DNA from: Chlamydiia bacterium
Lineage (GTDB): Bacteria > Chlamydiota > Chlamydiia > Chlamydiales > JBMOFD01
DNA length: 26,283 bases
Assembly (NCBI GenBank): GCA_049314435.1
Contig: JBMOFD010000019.1
Location: forward strand, 1-26,283
Direction of reading: 5' to 3'
Of this stretch, positions 1 to 8,679 are shown in pieces. Position 1 is the stretch's first letter. Each line of letters starts with the position of its first letter. The notes beneath the pieces were generated by a model. It searched no databases and had not been told where the DNA came from. It saw nothing but the letters and a program-made list of their open reading frames with translations. Position numbers and translations under genes: made by a program.

Positions 1-1
1 G

Positions 2-19
2 CCCACTCGCGAGAGTGGG
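2..19 (-). terminator. Stem-loop downstream of ORF 65..1450 (possible terminator; tail lies beyond the window edge)
   Basis: CCCACTC-gcga-GAGTGGG, a perfect 7-bp stem about 45 nt after the stop codon. Confidence 0.35.
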
Positions 20-64
20 AATCTCATCGGCTTTAGCCGATCGAGAGAAGTCAAGGAGACAGAC

Positions 65-1450
65 CTATTTCGTCCTGGATGCCTCTGTATCCTCTGCTTT
101 CTGCCTCTCGTCCATCTGCCGCTCTTCGATCATGTCTAGCTCTATCGGTCTCGAGACTATCCCTGCGAGCACCTGGATGGGTAAGGGTAGGTATGGGAAG
201 GGGTCCGAAGAATCAGGGTCCCATGCCTGCCTAGCTGCCAGGACACCCTGCATCTCATCGTGATCCTGAAGCACTTCGATGACATTCATCAGGGAGGCAT
301 GCTCGCGGCGACGAGCGACCTCAACATTCGCCAGCTCCTCCATCCGCCACAGTAGCAGCTCATTCAGTAGTTGCCCTGAAAGACCCCCGGGCATAAATTC
401 ACGGCCCCTTACCCATAAATGATGACCCAGACGGCCCCTAACCAGCCGAATCTGAGCTGCTCGAAGAGCCCCCTGAAATACAGGTTGTAATGCCTCGGAG
501 CATCGTCCCAAACCAAACTCATCGGCAATCGAAACAGATTCAAGGATGGTTCTAAGCAGACAACGCATGGCCGAGGACAGCTCTGGGCTTTTATTCGGAT
601 CACAAAACAAGTTATAATTGTTCTCCATGATACGACGCACCTGTCCAGCCACAAGCCTCGCCTCATCCGACTCACGACACACCCGGTTCTTTTCTTGTTC
701 CCGTTCCGACCTGAATTGTTCTTGGTGCAATCCCTCTTCTGCTATTGCTACGTTCGACCTGGAAGTCTCCCGTTGTGGGTACTTCTGCTGATCAAAATGC
801 CACGCCAACTGAATTGCCAATTCGATTAAGACTTTCGCTCTCCACGTCGGGCCTTCCGCCTCAGCGTGTTCTAGAAGGTAGTCAATGACTACCTGGTATT
901 GATCGCGCATCCCCTCGAGCGTGTTGGAGGATCGCTGGTCCTCTAGTCGTTCCAGAAGGCCCGAAAAGCTTTCACCGTATTGCTTTGGGACATAGAAGCG
1001 CTTGGACACATTAGGGTGATCTTCTATGAGAAGCTGCTTCATTGATTGAGCCACAGAGTAAAGATCCAAGTCCTGACGCTTTTCCCGGTACAGCCGACCA
1101 TGTTCCTCACGTGCAGCACGTTCTGTTTTACGATGTTGGTAACCTTGAAATAGCTCGTATCCCATTGCAACAAACCCAACGAAATAGATGAGAGCCACCG
1201 AAGCCACGGCGCTAGAGTCGGGATCAGAGGAGTTGCCAATATAGAGGGCACCCAGCAGCACCGCCGAAATTATCGAACTCATTCCCAGAGCCCTGGCAAT
1301 CTGCGGAACCGCCCTGTACCGTCCTTCATTAGCCTGGCTCACCGCAATCACCGACCCCAGGTGCTGGAGTCTCTCGTTCCGGCGCTCCATGTTCTCGATC
1401 AGTTCCACATAGTTTGGCCGGCTTCCGGCAGCTGATATTGGATTTGTCAT
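65..1450 (-). CDS. Hypothetical membrane-anchored protein, Inc-like putative secreted effector; paralog of 1813..2769
   Basis: 461-aa ORF. Two adjacent hydrophobic helices separated by a short loop (ALGMSSIISAVLLGALYIG-NSSDPDSS-AVASVALIYFVGFVAMGYELF), followed by charged helical regions. The C-terminal part aligns by eye with ORF 1813..2769. Confidence 0.8.
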   Translation of the reverse strand: MTNPISAAGSRPNYVELIENMERRNERLQHLGSVIAVSQANEGRYRAVPQIARALGMSSIISAVLLGALYIGNSSDPDSSAVASVALIYFVGFVAMGYELFQGYQHRKTERAAREEHGRLYREKRQDLDLYSVAQSMKQLLIEDHPNVSKRFYVPKQYGESFSGLLERLEDQRSSNTLEGMRDQYQVVIDYLLEHAEAEGPTWRAKVLIELAIQLAWHFDQQKYPQRETSRSNVAIAEEGLHQEQFRSEREQEKNRVCRESDEARLVAGQVRRIMENNYNLFCDPNKSPELSSAMRCLLRTILESVSIADEFGLGRCSEALQPVFQGALRAAQIRLVRGRLGHHLWVRGREFMPGGLSGQLLNELLLWRMEELANVEVARRREHASLMNVIEVLQDHDEMQGVLAARQAWDPDSSDPFPYLPLPIQVLAGIVSRPIELDMIEERQMDERQKAEDTEASRTK

Positions 1451-1598
1451 ACATTAACCACGATTTAGGGGGTTAGATTATGTCGTCTGCAGCCATTTGA
1501 TTGCTTTAGTTTTTACTCACATGAACTTCCTGCATGACTCATATTATAACTGTCTATCGCTGACAGATAATAAAGATTGCTTTGTAGCTAACTCGGTC

Positions 1599-1650
1599 TA
1601 GGGTCAGGCCTGGATAGGTGTCAGGTGGCAAGGCATGACCCTGCCCCTAC
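1599..1650. repeat. Degenerate GTAG-type REP / REPIN-like palindromic element
   Basis: Minus strand 1650-1627 reads GTAGGGGCAGGGTCATGCCTTGCC (GTAG tag plus imperfect palindrome). 1599-1608 TAGGGTCAGG pairs 9/10 with 1640-1649 CCTGCCCCTA. Confidence 0.45.
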
Positions 1651-1661
1651 CTGAAGGCTGA

Positions 1662-1685
1662 AGAGACCACCCGAGGGTGGTCTCT
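1662..1685. terminator. Perfect 10-bp hairpin, probable terminator of the 1813..2769 transcript
   Basis: AGAGACCACC-cgag-GGTGGTCTCT; the U-tail is weak on both strands. Confidence 0.5.
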
Positions 1686-1812
1686 AGAGAAACTCTACTG
1701 TCCCTGTGTGCAGGCAATAGCAGGCTGCGTGGACGGCCAGCTTGCCTTCCCACCAGTCGGGCGACTACGGGTAGCCAGCTTCCGTAAAATCAGAAAGACC
1801 CACTCGGGAATC

Positions 1813-2769
1813 TCATCGCATTGCACGCGTTCGACCGAAGTCAAAAACAATCTTGATTGCATCGACCTGCTTCTTCCCAAGAAGTTCCTCAGCCTTCCAC
1901 CTTTCCTGAACCTGCATATGGTCCAATGTCTGCTGTCTCCGAACCGGTATAGGCAATCCAGAAAAAGGCTCTGGACCACTGCCGTCCCACGCCTTTCTAG
2001 CGTCAGCTTCATCAACAGCCGCCATCTCTTCGTGGTCATTGAGAGCTTCCATGACCTTCATCGGGGCGCTCTGTTCCGCAACAAGGGCGAACTCCTGGTC
2101 TCCTATCTCCCGCACGCGGGATTGCAGTGCATCCGAGACCTTATTACCAGTATTAAATGGCCCGAAGAAGAACCGCATACTCTCAGCTGCCCTTCGAACC
2201 CGAGCTGAGTGAGCCGCCTCAGCAAATATTGACTGTAGTTTCTCGGAGCATTCTCCCAATTCGACTTTACTGCGTTTATCACCAAAGCTGTCCACTACGA
2301 GTCTGTGCAGGTAACGCAGGGGGGCGGAGACTTTTAGACTCCGAACGAGATGTTCATAGTCATTCGCGCCAGAACGCAATTCGTCCTTCACTATGTCGAC
2401 CGCATTGCATTCAACTGCTGCGGAGGTGGCCGTCATGTACACTTCCTGTCGACTGTAGTCAAATTGCAGCATCATGGCCAGTTCGATAATGGCTTTTCCT
2501 TGTTGCGTCGGCCCTTTCAATTCAGCCTGGTCCCGGAGGGAATCGATCGCTATTTGGTAACGATCAGAGATCGTACTTGGTGGCAGGCCAGTTCGTATGC
2601 GTTGGACAAGACGATCATAGCAAGACGAACAGCCCTTCTCTCCATCATAGAACTTGGAGACATCGGAGATTCTCCTTTCAAGTTCGCTCATCGACTCAGC
2701 TATAGCCGGGGACATCCATTCACGGAGCTCATTCAGATGTGGTGAATTACCTGTCACTGAATTTGTCAT
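1813..2769 (-). CDS. Hypothetical soluble helical protein, putative secreted effector; paralog of 65..1450 lacking the TM domain
   Basis: 318-aa ORF. Shared blocks with ORF 65..1450: DRYQIAIDSLRDQAELKGPTQQGKAIIELA vs DQYQVVIDYLLEHAEAEGPTWRAKVLIELA; LGECSEKLQ vs LGRCSEALQ; ARKAWDGSGPEPFSGLPIP vs ARQAWDPDSSDPFPYLPLP. Confidence 0.8.
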   Translation of the reverse strand: MTNSVTGNSPHLNELREWMSPAIAESMSELERRISDVSKFYDGEKGCSSCYDRLVQRIRTGLPPSTISDRYQIAIDSLRDQAELKGPTQQGKAIIELAMMLQFDYSRQEVYMTATSAAVECNAVDIVKDELRSGANDYEHLVRSLKVSAPLRYLHRLVVDSFGDKRSKVELGECSEKLQSIFAEAAHSARVRRAAESMRFFFGPFNTGNKVSDALQSRVREIGDQEFALVAEQSAPMKVMEALNDHEEMAAVDEADARKAWDGSGPEPFSGLPIPVRRQQTLDHMQVQERWKAEELLGKKQVDAIKIVFDFGRTRAMR

Positions 2770-2989
2770 ACCTCAAAACCTCAAGTAAATAGCTAGAACA
2801 GCTTTCTCGCACACGGCCTATGAATCCTGCATTTATAAAATAAATTCATTAACTAAATATTATCGCTTAAACAACAAAAAGTACATTCATTTTCATAACA
2901 TGTCCCAGCCACCGCAACCATAGGCCGTACCCTGGGGGCTCGTTTTATCTAAACTAAATTTTTGATTTACTGAATGAAACGGTAGGTCA
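2770..2989. promoter_or_regulatory. AT-rich divergent promoter region
   Basis: Strongly AT-rich intergenic stretch between the divergently oriented ORFs 1813..2769 and 2990..4336. Confidence 0.5.
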
Positions 2990-4336
2990 ATGGCCAACTC
3001 ACCCAGCTCCCCCAATTCACCGAGACCAGCAGGCGGCTCTCCCTCTTCAATGGGCGAAGCCCTCTCTCCAGGAGCCACACCTGGAAGCTCCGCCAACAAT
3101 ACCCCCCCCGACTCGGTCATACGACGAACGAGCGATATAGCAGGGCTTTGCTTGCCTGGCATGGCTCCCCTCTCCCCTCGCTCAGCAGCGAACTTACGCA
3201 TTCGACGGTTGAGCAGCCAATCCGCAAAGGATCTCTCGTCTCTCATAAGAGAGACCCCATCCCCGCGGCCTGGGCAGGCAACAACTCTTCTTAAGTCGGA
3301 TAGCAAAGAGCCGCTAAAAGAGCGCCTCATTAAGATTCGGGATCGGTGCCTGTTCCTCGAAGAAGAAAGGGAATTAGGTACAGGTGGTTTTGCGCGGGTA
3401 GTTGTCAGCCACCGCGTGTCTGCTGAAGGAACAGTCACGAGCACAGACGCTCCCCGAGCGACTCGCATTGAAACGCGAGCTATTTCGGGCAGCAATGTCA
3501 TGGAACTCCCTGGGACTATCGCCAGCCTAAATTTTTCGCTTCAAATACATCAAAAAGCCGAAAACGCTGCTCCCAACGGCGTTGTCCATATCGAAGAATT
3601 CGGGTTCAATACCGGGTACGAAAATAATATAAATAGTCTCGTCTTCTTCTTAGAGATGGATCGCGCACAAAGCTCTTTGGTGGCGCTCTTACCAGATCTT
3701 TCTCCCGAGTCTGCACTTGAGTGCGCCCACTCTTTGACCACCTCACTTGCGCAGATACATGCGGCAGACATTGTTCACCTCGATATTAAACCGGGCAATA
3801 TCCTTGTCATGAAGGATGGATCCGTACGGTGGACCGACTTTGGAGCCTCTAATGATCTAAAGATGGGCCAAGAGGCCTCCAAAGCTGAGGAAGCGAGCCC
3901 ACTGGAGGCAATTGCTATAAAACGCTACTTCCTGAGGGCCGCGAACACCCCCGTTTATGCTCCTCCAGAATCCTTGGGTACGGATCCGAATCCGGATCTC
4001 GGAACATGGGAAGATCCGATGATGGGAAAAACCTACGATGTATTTAGTCTGGGGTGCGTTCTGTGGCAACTGGCGATGAAGGGGGATCTTCCGGAAACGA
4101 TTCAACCTCGTAGGCGATTCAGCCCGGGAGAACTCGTTGACAGAGCGCCGGAGATAAGCAGCCGGCAGCATCAGGCGATGGTCGATCGCGTGCAGTCGGG
4201 AGCGATTCAGGCGGACCCTCGCCTCAAACCCCTTCTAGAGGTGGCCTGTCGCTGTTTGCATCCAGATCGCCATCAGAGACCAGCTAACGCGGGCGTCGTC
4301 CTCGATCTCCTCAACAAGGCCACTCCCTCTCCCTAA
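2990..4336 (+). CDS. Hanks-type Ser/Thr protein kinase-like protein (atypical) with Ser/Pro-rich disordered N-terminus
   Basis: Gly-loop LGTGGFARV, catalytic loop HLDIKPGN, DFG, YAPPE, DVFSLG and HPDRHQRP motifs. No canonical beta3 Lys is evident. Confidence 0.88.
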   Translation: MANSPSSPNSPRPAGGSPSSMGEALSPGATPGSSANNTPPDSVIRRTSDIAGLCLPGMAPLSPRSAANLRIRRLSSQSAKDLSSLIRETPSPRPGQATTLLKSDSKEPLKERLIKIRDRCLFLEEERELGTGGFARVVVSHRVSAEGTVTSTDAPRATRIETRAISGSNVMELPGTIASLNFSLQIHQKAENAAPNGVVHIEEFGFNTGYENNINSLVFFLEMDRAQSSLVALLPDLSPESALECAHSLTTSLAQIHAADIVHLDIKPGNILVMKDGSVRWTDFGASNDLKMGQEASKAEEASPLEAIAIKRYFLRAANTPVYAPPESLGTDPNPDLGTWEDPMMGKTYDVFSLGCVLWQLAMKGDLPETIQPRRRFSPGELVDRAPEISSRQHQAMVDRVQSGAIQADPRLKPLLEVACRCLHPDRHQRPANAGVVLDLLNKATPSP

Positions 4337-4354
4337 AGAGCCGAGAGCCGACTC

Positions 4355-7300
4355 TCACCCCATCACGGCATCGAAAGAGATTAGACTCGTTGCACGCACG
4401 TGGAGCACCTGACCACGACGCTGTAATACCCCCTCCACCTTGAGGTAGGAGGCGAGTCGATAGCTCTGGCGGGCTGTTCGATAGAGCTCTGGTGGCACCA
4501 CAACATTCCATAGGCCCTCTTCATCATCTAGCGTCAGAAAGGCAAAGCCCTTGGCTGTAGGGGGACGTTGTCGGACGATCACGCGGCCAATCAGAGCAAC
4601 ACGCTCTCCATGCAATTTCCCCTCCAGAGATCGCGAAGGCGGCAGCCGAAGACGAGACCGCAGCTCTTGTAGAGGGTGTGGCTTTAGACTCAATCCCTGG
4701 GCATAAGACTCCTCCTCCCGCAACTCCATCCAGTCAGCATGAGGCAGTTCCGGGGCCTCTGGAACACCGAAAAGATCAGGCTCCTGCAATTCCATCCGCA
4801 ATCCATGCCAGAGCTGCCATAGGTGATGACGTCGAGGTCCTAGGGCATCGAAGGCCCCTGCATGGATCAGCGCTTCCACAGTCGTCGGAAGTAAGGTCGT
4901 CCTCCGCAGGAAGTCTCGGAACGAAGGGAAGGGCCTGCGCTGGATCTCCTCAAATGCATCAGACCGCCACCCCCGTACTAGCTGGAATCCCAGACGCACC
5001 GCTCCATTCTCTATAGAACACCATCGATCACTGCGATGTAGATCCACGGGGAGGACAACCACGCCGTGTCGTTGGGCATCATGGATGAGGATCTCGGGTG
5101 GGTAGAATCCCATCGGTTGATGGTTCAAGAGCGCGGCCAGTAGAGCAGCCGGGTGACGGCATTTGAGGTAGGCACTCTGGTAGGTGAGGTGCGCAAAGGC
5201 CAACGCATGACTCTTACAAAAGCCATAGAGAGCGAATCCCTCTAGGGTCCTGAAGATCCGCGTCGCTTCTTCACGAGCGATACCTCGCCGCCCTGCGCCT
5301 TCTAGGAACTGCTGCTCGAGCGCCTGAACCGCTGCCAGCGAGCGTTTACGACTGATAGAGCGTCTGAGGTCATCGGCTTGCTCAGCTGTGAATCCAGCCG
5401 CTACCATCGCCACCTGTAGAACCTGCTCCTGGAAGAGGATCACGCCCAAGGTCTCTTCTAGAAAGGGACGCGTGCATGGATGAAGGTAGGTGACGGGCTC
5501 CTCTCCCCTCTTTCTTCTGATGTAGGGAGAGACCATCTGACCCTGAAGAGGGCCTGGACGAATCAGCGCGATCTGGATCGCGAGCTCGGAGAGATTCTTG
5601 GGCTGAGTCAGAGGGAGGCTGTTCATCTGCGCTCGAGACTCGACCTGGAACACACCCAACGTGTCGGCCCTACCCAACATCTGGTAGACGTCGGGATCCT
5701 CGAGGGGGATCTGAGAAATGTCGATCCCAGCATGGAGAGCGGCTTCTCGAATGACGCCTAGCATCCCCAATCCAAGAAGGTCGACCTTGATCAACCCCGC
5801 CTCCTCGACCTGGTCTTTATCCCACTGACAGACCACTCTCCCTTCCATGCGAGCGGGCTCAAGAGGAACAACATGAGCCAATGGGCGCGCTCCGATCAAC
5901 ATGCCTCCCACGTGGATGCCCAGATGACGAGGCACGCCTAGGATCTGTTCGATGAGCATGCAGGTCTTGTACCCCAATGGGGACTCGATCCACGCCCGCA
6001 TGGTGGGCTCCTTCTTCACCTCTTCGAGAGCCTCCTCCATACGGCGGTGCCCTGCAAGACGAGCCAGCTTGTCGATGATCAGAGGCGGCATTCCCATCAC
6101 ACTACCCACCTCACGGATCGCGCTGCGCTCTTGGAAGGTGATCACGGTGCTGACCATGGCTACATGGTCAGCTCCATACAGCTGGTAGACATACTGGATC
6201 ACCTTTTCTCTGGAGGGCAGGTCGTGCCCACGCTCACTCGCAAAGTCCAGGTCGATGTCGGGAACAGTTTTCATGCCCGCATGGAGAAACCTTCCTAAAA
6301 ACAGCCGATGTCGTACGGGATCGACGGGTGTGATGCCGAGCAGGTAGGCCACCATCGAGTTCGCAGCACTACCACGTCCCTGCACGGGGATCCTTTCACG
6401 TCGAGCATAGGCCACAAGATCCCAGACGATCAGGAAGTATCCCGACAGCCCAAGCTGCTGGATGAGCTTGAGCTCCTCCTGGAGTTGATGCCGATGCTCC
6501 TGGCCATAGAACCTTGGGAAAACTTCCCAACACAGATGGGCTAGATAGTCATCTGTCGACTCGCCTGGCGGGGTAGGGAAGGCTGGGAAACGTACATCAC
6601 GAAAATCAAATCCAAGCTCACATCGCGCCGCTAGCTCTTCTGTGGCTCGGATCGCCTCTGGATACTCCTTCCATCGCCGTTGAAAGGAGTGAGGATCTTG
6701 CAGAAAGGCTTGGTGGTTGGCAGGCAGTTCTGCGTGCTCCAAGGGCACACGCTGACGGATGGCTTGGAGCACATCCCATAACGGGCCTTCCTCATGAGTG
6801 GCATAGCGTACCTGCCCACCGATCACCAGAGGCAGGTCAACGACCGTAGACAGCCTCTGCAGAGCCTTGCATCGGCGTTCGTCAGCCAGCTCACCATGAT
6901 GCGTTAACTCTAAGACCACCTCTCCCGACCAGTGGCAACGCACCTGATCGAGATAGGCGATGGCCTCGAGATCTGCTCCCTTCTCCAAAAGACCTGCTAG
7001 AATCGATCCTTTGGCTCCTAGCATCAGGGTAAGCTGATCATGAGGAGTCTCCGCCATTTGATCCCATGGGAGATGAGGCGCGCCCTTCTCCCCCTCTCGG
7101 TAAGCAGCCGTGATCCACCGACTAAGCTGTTGGTATCCAAAATCGGATCGACAGAGGATCACCACGGGGTCTGAGCCACCCATGACCATCTCAGCACCCA
7201 GAAGAGGCTTGATGCCGACCTTACGGCAGGCCTTCACAAAGGCTGGTGCTCCGTAAAATCCATGGCGATCGGTGAGAGCGATCGTATGGATCCCTCTAGA

Positions 7301-7384
7301 CGCCGCTGTACAGGCCAGTTGCTCAGGCGAGCTGGCTCCCCCCAAGAAGGAGTAGTGGCTTTGAGCATGGAGCTCGACGGTCAT
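4355..7384 (-). CDS. dnaE2: Error-prone DNA polymerase III alpha subunit (DnaE2/ImuC)
   Basis: PHP N-terminus ELHAQSHYSFLGGASSPEQL, GRGSAANS, PDIDLDF, PRHLGIHVGG, KVDLLGLGML, YGFCKSHA, NHQPMGFY and OB-fold RQRPPTAKGFAFLTLDDE. Start reassigned to ATG 7384 (MTVELH), which has AGAGGG upstream and lies 10 nt after the imuB stop. Confidence 0.95.
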   Translation of the reverse strand: MTVELHAQSHYSFLGGASSPEQLACTAASRGIHTIALTDRHGFYGAPAFVKACRKVGIKPLLGAEMVMGGSDPVVILCRSDFGYQQLSRWITAAYREGEKGAPHLPWDQMAETPHDQLTLMLGAKGSILAGLLEKGADLEAIAYLDQVRCHWSGEVVLELTHHGELADERRCKALQRLSTVVDLPLVIGGQVRYATHEEGPLWDVLQAIRQRVPLEHAELPANHQAFLQDPHSFQRRWKEYPEAIRATEELAARCELGFDFRDVRFPAFPTPPGESTDDYLAHLCWEVFPRFYGQEHRHQLQEELKLIQQLGLSGYFLIVWDLVAYARRERIPVQGRGSAANSMVAYLLGITPVDPVRHRLFLGRFLHAGMKTVPDIDLDFASERGHDLPSREKVIQYVYQLYGADHVAMVSTVITFQERSAIREVGSVMGMPPLIIDKLARLAGHRRMEEALEEVKKEPTMRAWIESPLGYKTCMLIEQILGVPRHLGIHVGGMLIGARPLAHVVPLEPARMEGRVVCQWDKDQVEEAGLIKVDLLGLGMLGVIREAALHAGIDISQIPLEDPDVYQMLGRADTLGVFQVESRAQMNSLPLTQPKNLSELAIQIALIRPGPLQGQMVSPYIRRKRGEEPVTYLHPCTRPFLEETLGVILFQEQVLQVAMVAAGFTAEQADDLRRSISRKRSLAAVQALEQQFLEGAGRRGIAREEATRIFRTLEGFALYGFCKSHALAFAHLTYQSAYLKCRHPAALLAALLNHQPMGFYPPEILIHDAQRHGVVVLPVDLHRSDRWCSIENGAVRLGFQLVRGWRSDAFEEIQRRPFPSFRDFLRRTTLLPTTVEALIHAGAFDALGPRRHHLWQLWHGLRMELQEPDLFGVPEAPELPHADWMELREEESYAQGLSLKPHPLQELRSRLRLPPSRSLEGKLHGERVALIGRVIVRQRPPTAKGFAFLTLDDEEGLWNVVVPPELYRTARQSYRLASYLKVEGVLQRRGQVLHVRATSLISFDAVMG

Positions 7385-7394
7385 ACCATTCCCT

Positions 7395-8579
7395 CTAGTG
7401 CCGGAACCATCGTCCCGTGAGAGGCTCACAGAACATCCTGACCGGACCCAGCTGCTCGACCATAGCGATAGCGTAGCGACGCCATAGGGGCTCAGAACGC
7501 CACCAGCGCATCTCCACCTCCCACTCCTGATGCACATTCTCCACTTGAGCCCAGCCGCCTTGTGTATGGACCTGTTGAGCTCTTCCCTCTCCTCCTATCC
7601 GCACATCCAATGGCCTGGGAAGGCAGAGCGGTCTACGTTGAGTAGGATCCACCATATCTTCGAGATGAGCCACCTCATCTGGAACCCAGCTATCAGGCCG
7701 ATCCCATACACAGCGCATGACGCCTTGGAGGTATCCATCCAAAGCCATCTGTCGTAGTCGTTGCCAGCCCGTCTTCTCTGGCTGGAGAAAATGAACCTGC
7801 TGTCCTACGAGCTGAAAGGCGGCCGTCGATTGGATCTGCAGTCGATGAGGTGCAAAGGTCCATCGATGACGCTCGAGCCTGGCTCGCACCTGCTCCCACA
7901 ATGGATCGACTCCTTCAATGGCCGTGTTCCACCGGATGAGGATGAGCTCTCGCTGGGTTCCCTCCCCTTCGATGCTGATCTGCAGTTCCCTACAAGCTCT
8001 CCCCTTTGCGGCAAGGGAGGCCACACACTGGGCTACGGCTTCATAGAGCCCTCCCCAGTGCTGTGCTCCCCACTCCACATACGGATCCACAGTCACATCG
8101 ATGACGAGAGGTTCCTCCTGATCAATCGGAGCCCACTCCTCTGGGTCAAGTCCCTCTGCCCATTGAGCCAACCTTCGCCCCTGCTCTCCCAAGAGATCTG
8201 AAAGTGACTCTGGAGGGATCTCTCGCACAGCTCCTAGGGTTGTCAGACCCAACCACTCGAGCTGACGTTTGGCCTCAGGTGTGAGCTCCAGATCGGCCAC
8301 AAGCACCGAAGCCACAGCCTCCGCTTCTCCCCCTGCAGGAATCACCCCCAATCCGTCACGGGCAGCAATCCACGAAGCCCAGCGTGTTGTTGCCACGCCT
8401 AATCGCACGGTTGCATGTGGAACAGACAGGGGAAGAGCTGCGAGCTCCACCCACAAACAGGAGGGAGGCTCCTCATAGAGCAAGGGACCATACTGGGAAG
8501 CGATCTGCACAGCCTCGGTCCAGCTCACGGTCGGATCAGTGAGATACAGACAGCCTATACTAGGAGAACTGGAGCGCAT
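7395..8579 (-). CDS. imuB: ImuB-like catalytically inactive Y-family polymerase homolog
   Basis: LGVATTRWASWIAAR, HhH-like LEWLGLTTLGAVREIP, LLGEQGRRLAQWAEGLD, C-terminal EWEVEMRWW...GRWF domain. No catalytic acidic N-terminal motifs; directly upstream of dnaE2. Confidence 0.8.
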   Translation of the reverse strand: MRSSSPSIGCLYLTDPTVSWTEAVQIASQYGPLLYEEPPSCLWVELAALPLSVPHATVRLGVATTRWASWIAARDGLGVIPAGGEAEAVASVLVADLELTPEAKRQLEWLGLTTLGAVREIPPESLSDLLGEQGRRLAQWAEGLDPEEWAPIDQEEPLVIDVTVDPYVEWGAQHWGGLYEAVAQCVASLAAKGRACRELQISIEGEGTQRELILIRWNTAIEGVDPLWEQVRARLERHRWTFAPHRLQIQSTAAFQLVGQQVHFLQPEKTGWQRLRQMALDGYLQGVMRCVWDRPDSWVPDEVAHLEDMVDPTQRRPLCLPRPLDVRIGGEGRAQQVHTQGGWAQVENVHQEWEVEMRWWRSEPLWRRYAIAMVEQLGPVRMFCEPLTGRWFRH

Positions 8580-8647
8580 CTATCCCAAGGAGTAGCAGAA
8601 ATCATGAACATGAATTGTAACAACAGGAAGACCAAATACGCACATGG

Positions 8648-8666
8648 ATAGTGAATTTTACACTAT
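8648..8666 (-). promoter_or_regulatory. Candidate operator palindrome overlapping the -10 box of the imuB-dnaE2 promoter
   Basis: ATAGTG-aatttta-CACTAT (6-7-6). On the minus strand the spacer contains TAAAAT, about 75 nt upstream of the imuB ATG. Confidence 0.45.
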
Positions 8667-8679
8667 TCCGCACCCATTT

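Noticed and set aside
2893..3501. 202-aa antisense ORF and the many other overlapping short ORFs in the track
   Set aside because: These are shadow frames of well-supported genes and show no recognisable motifs.
7385..7537. N-terminal extension of DnaE2 given in the ORF track
   Set aside because: It overlaps the imuB 3' end; PHP homology and the RBS point to ATG 7384.
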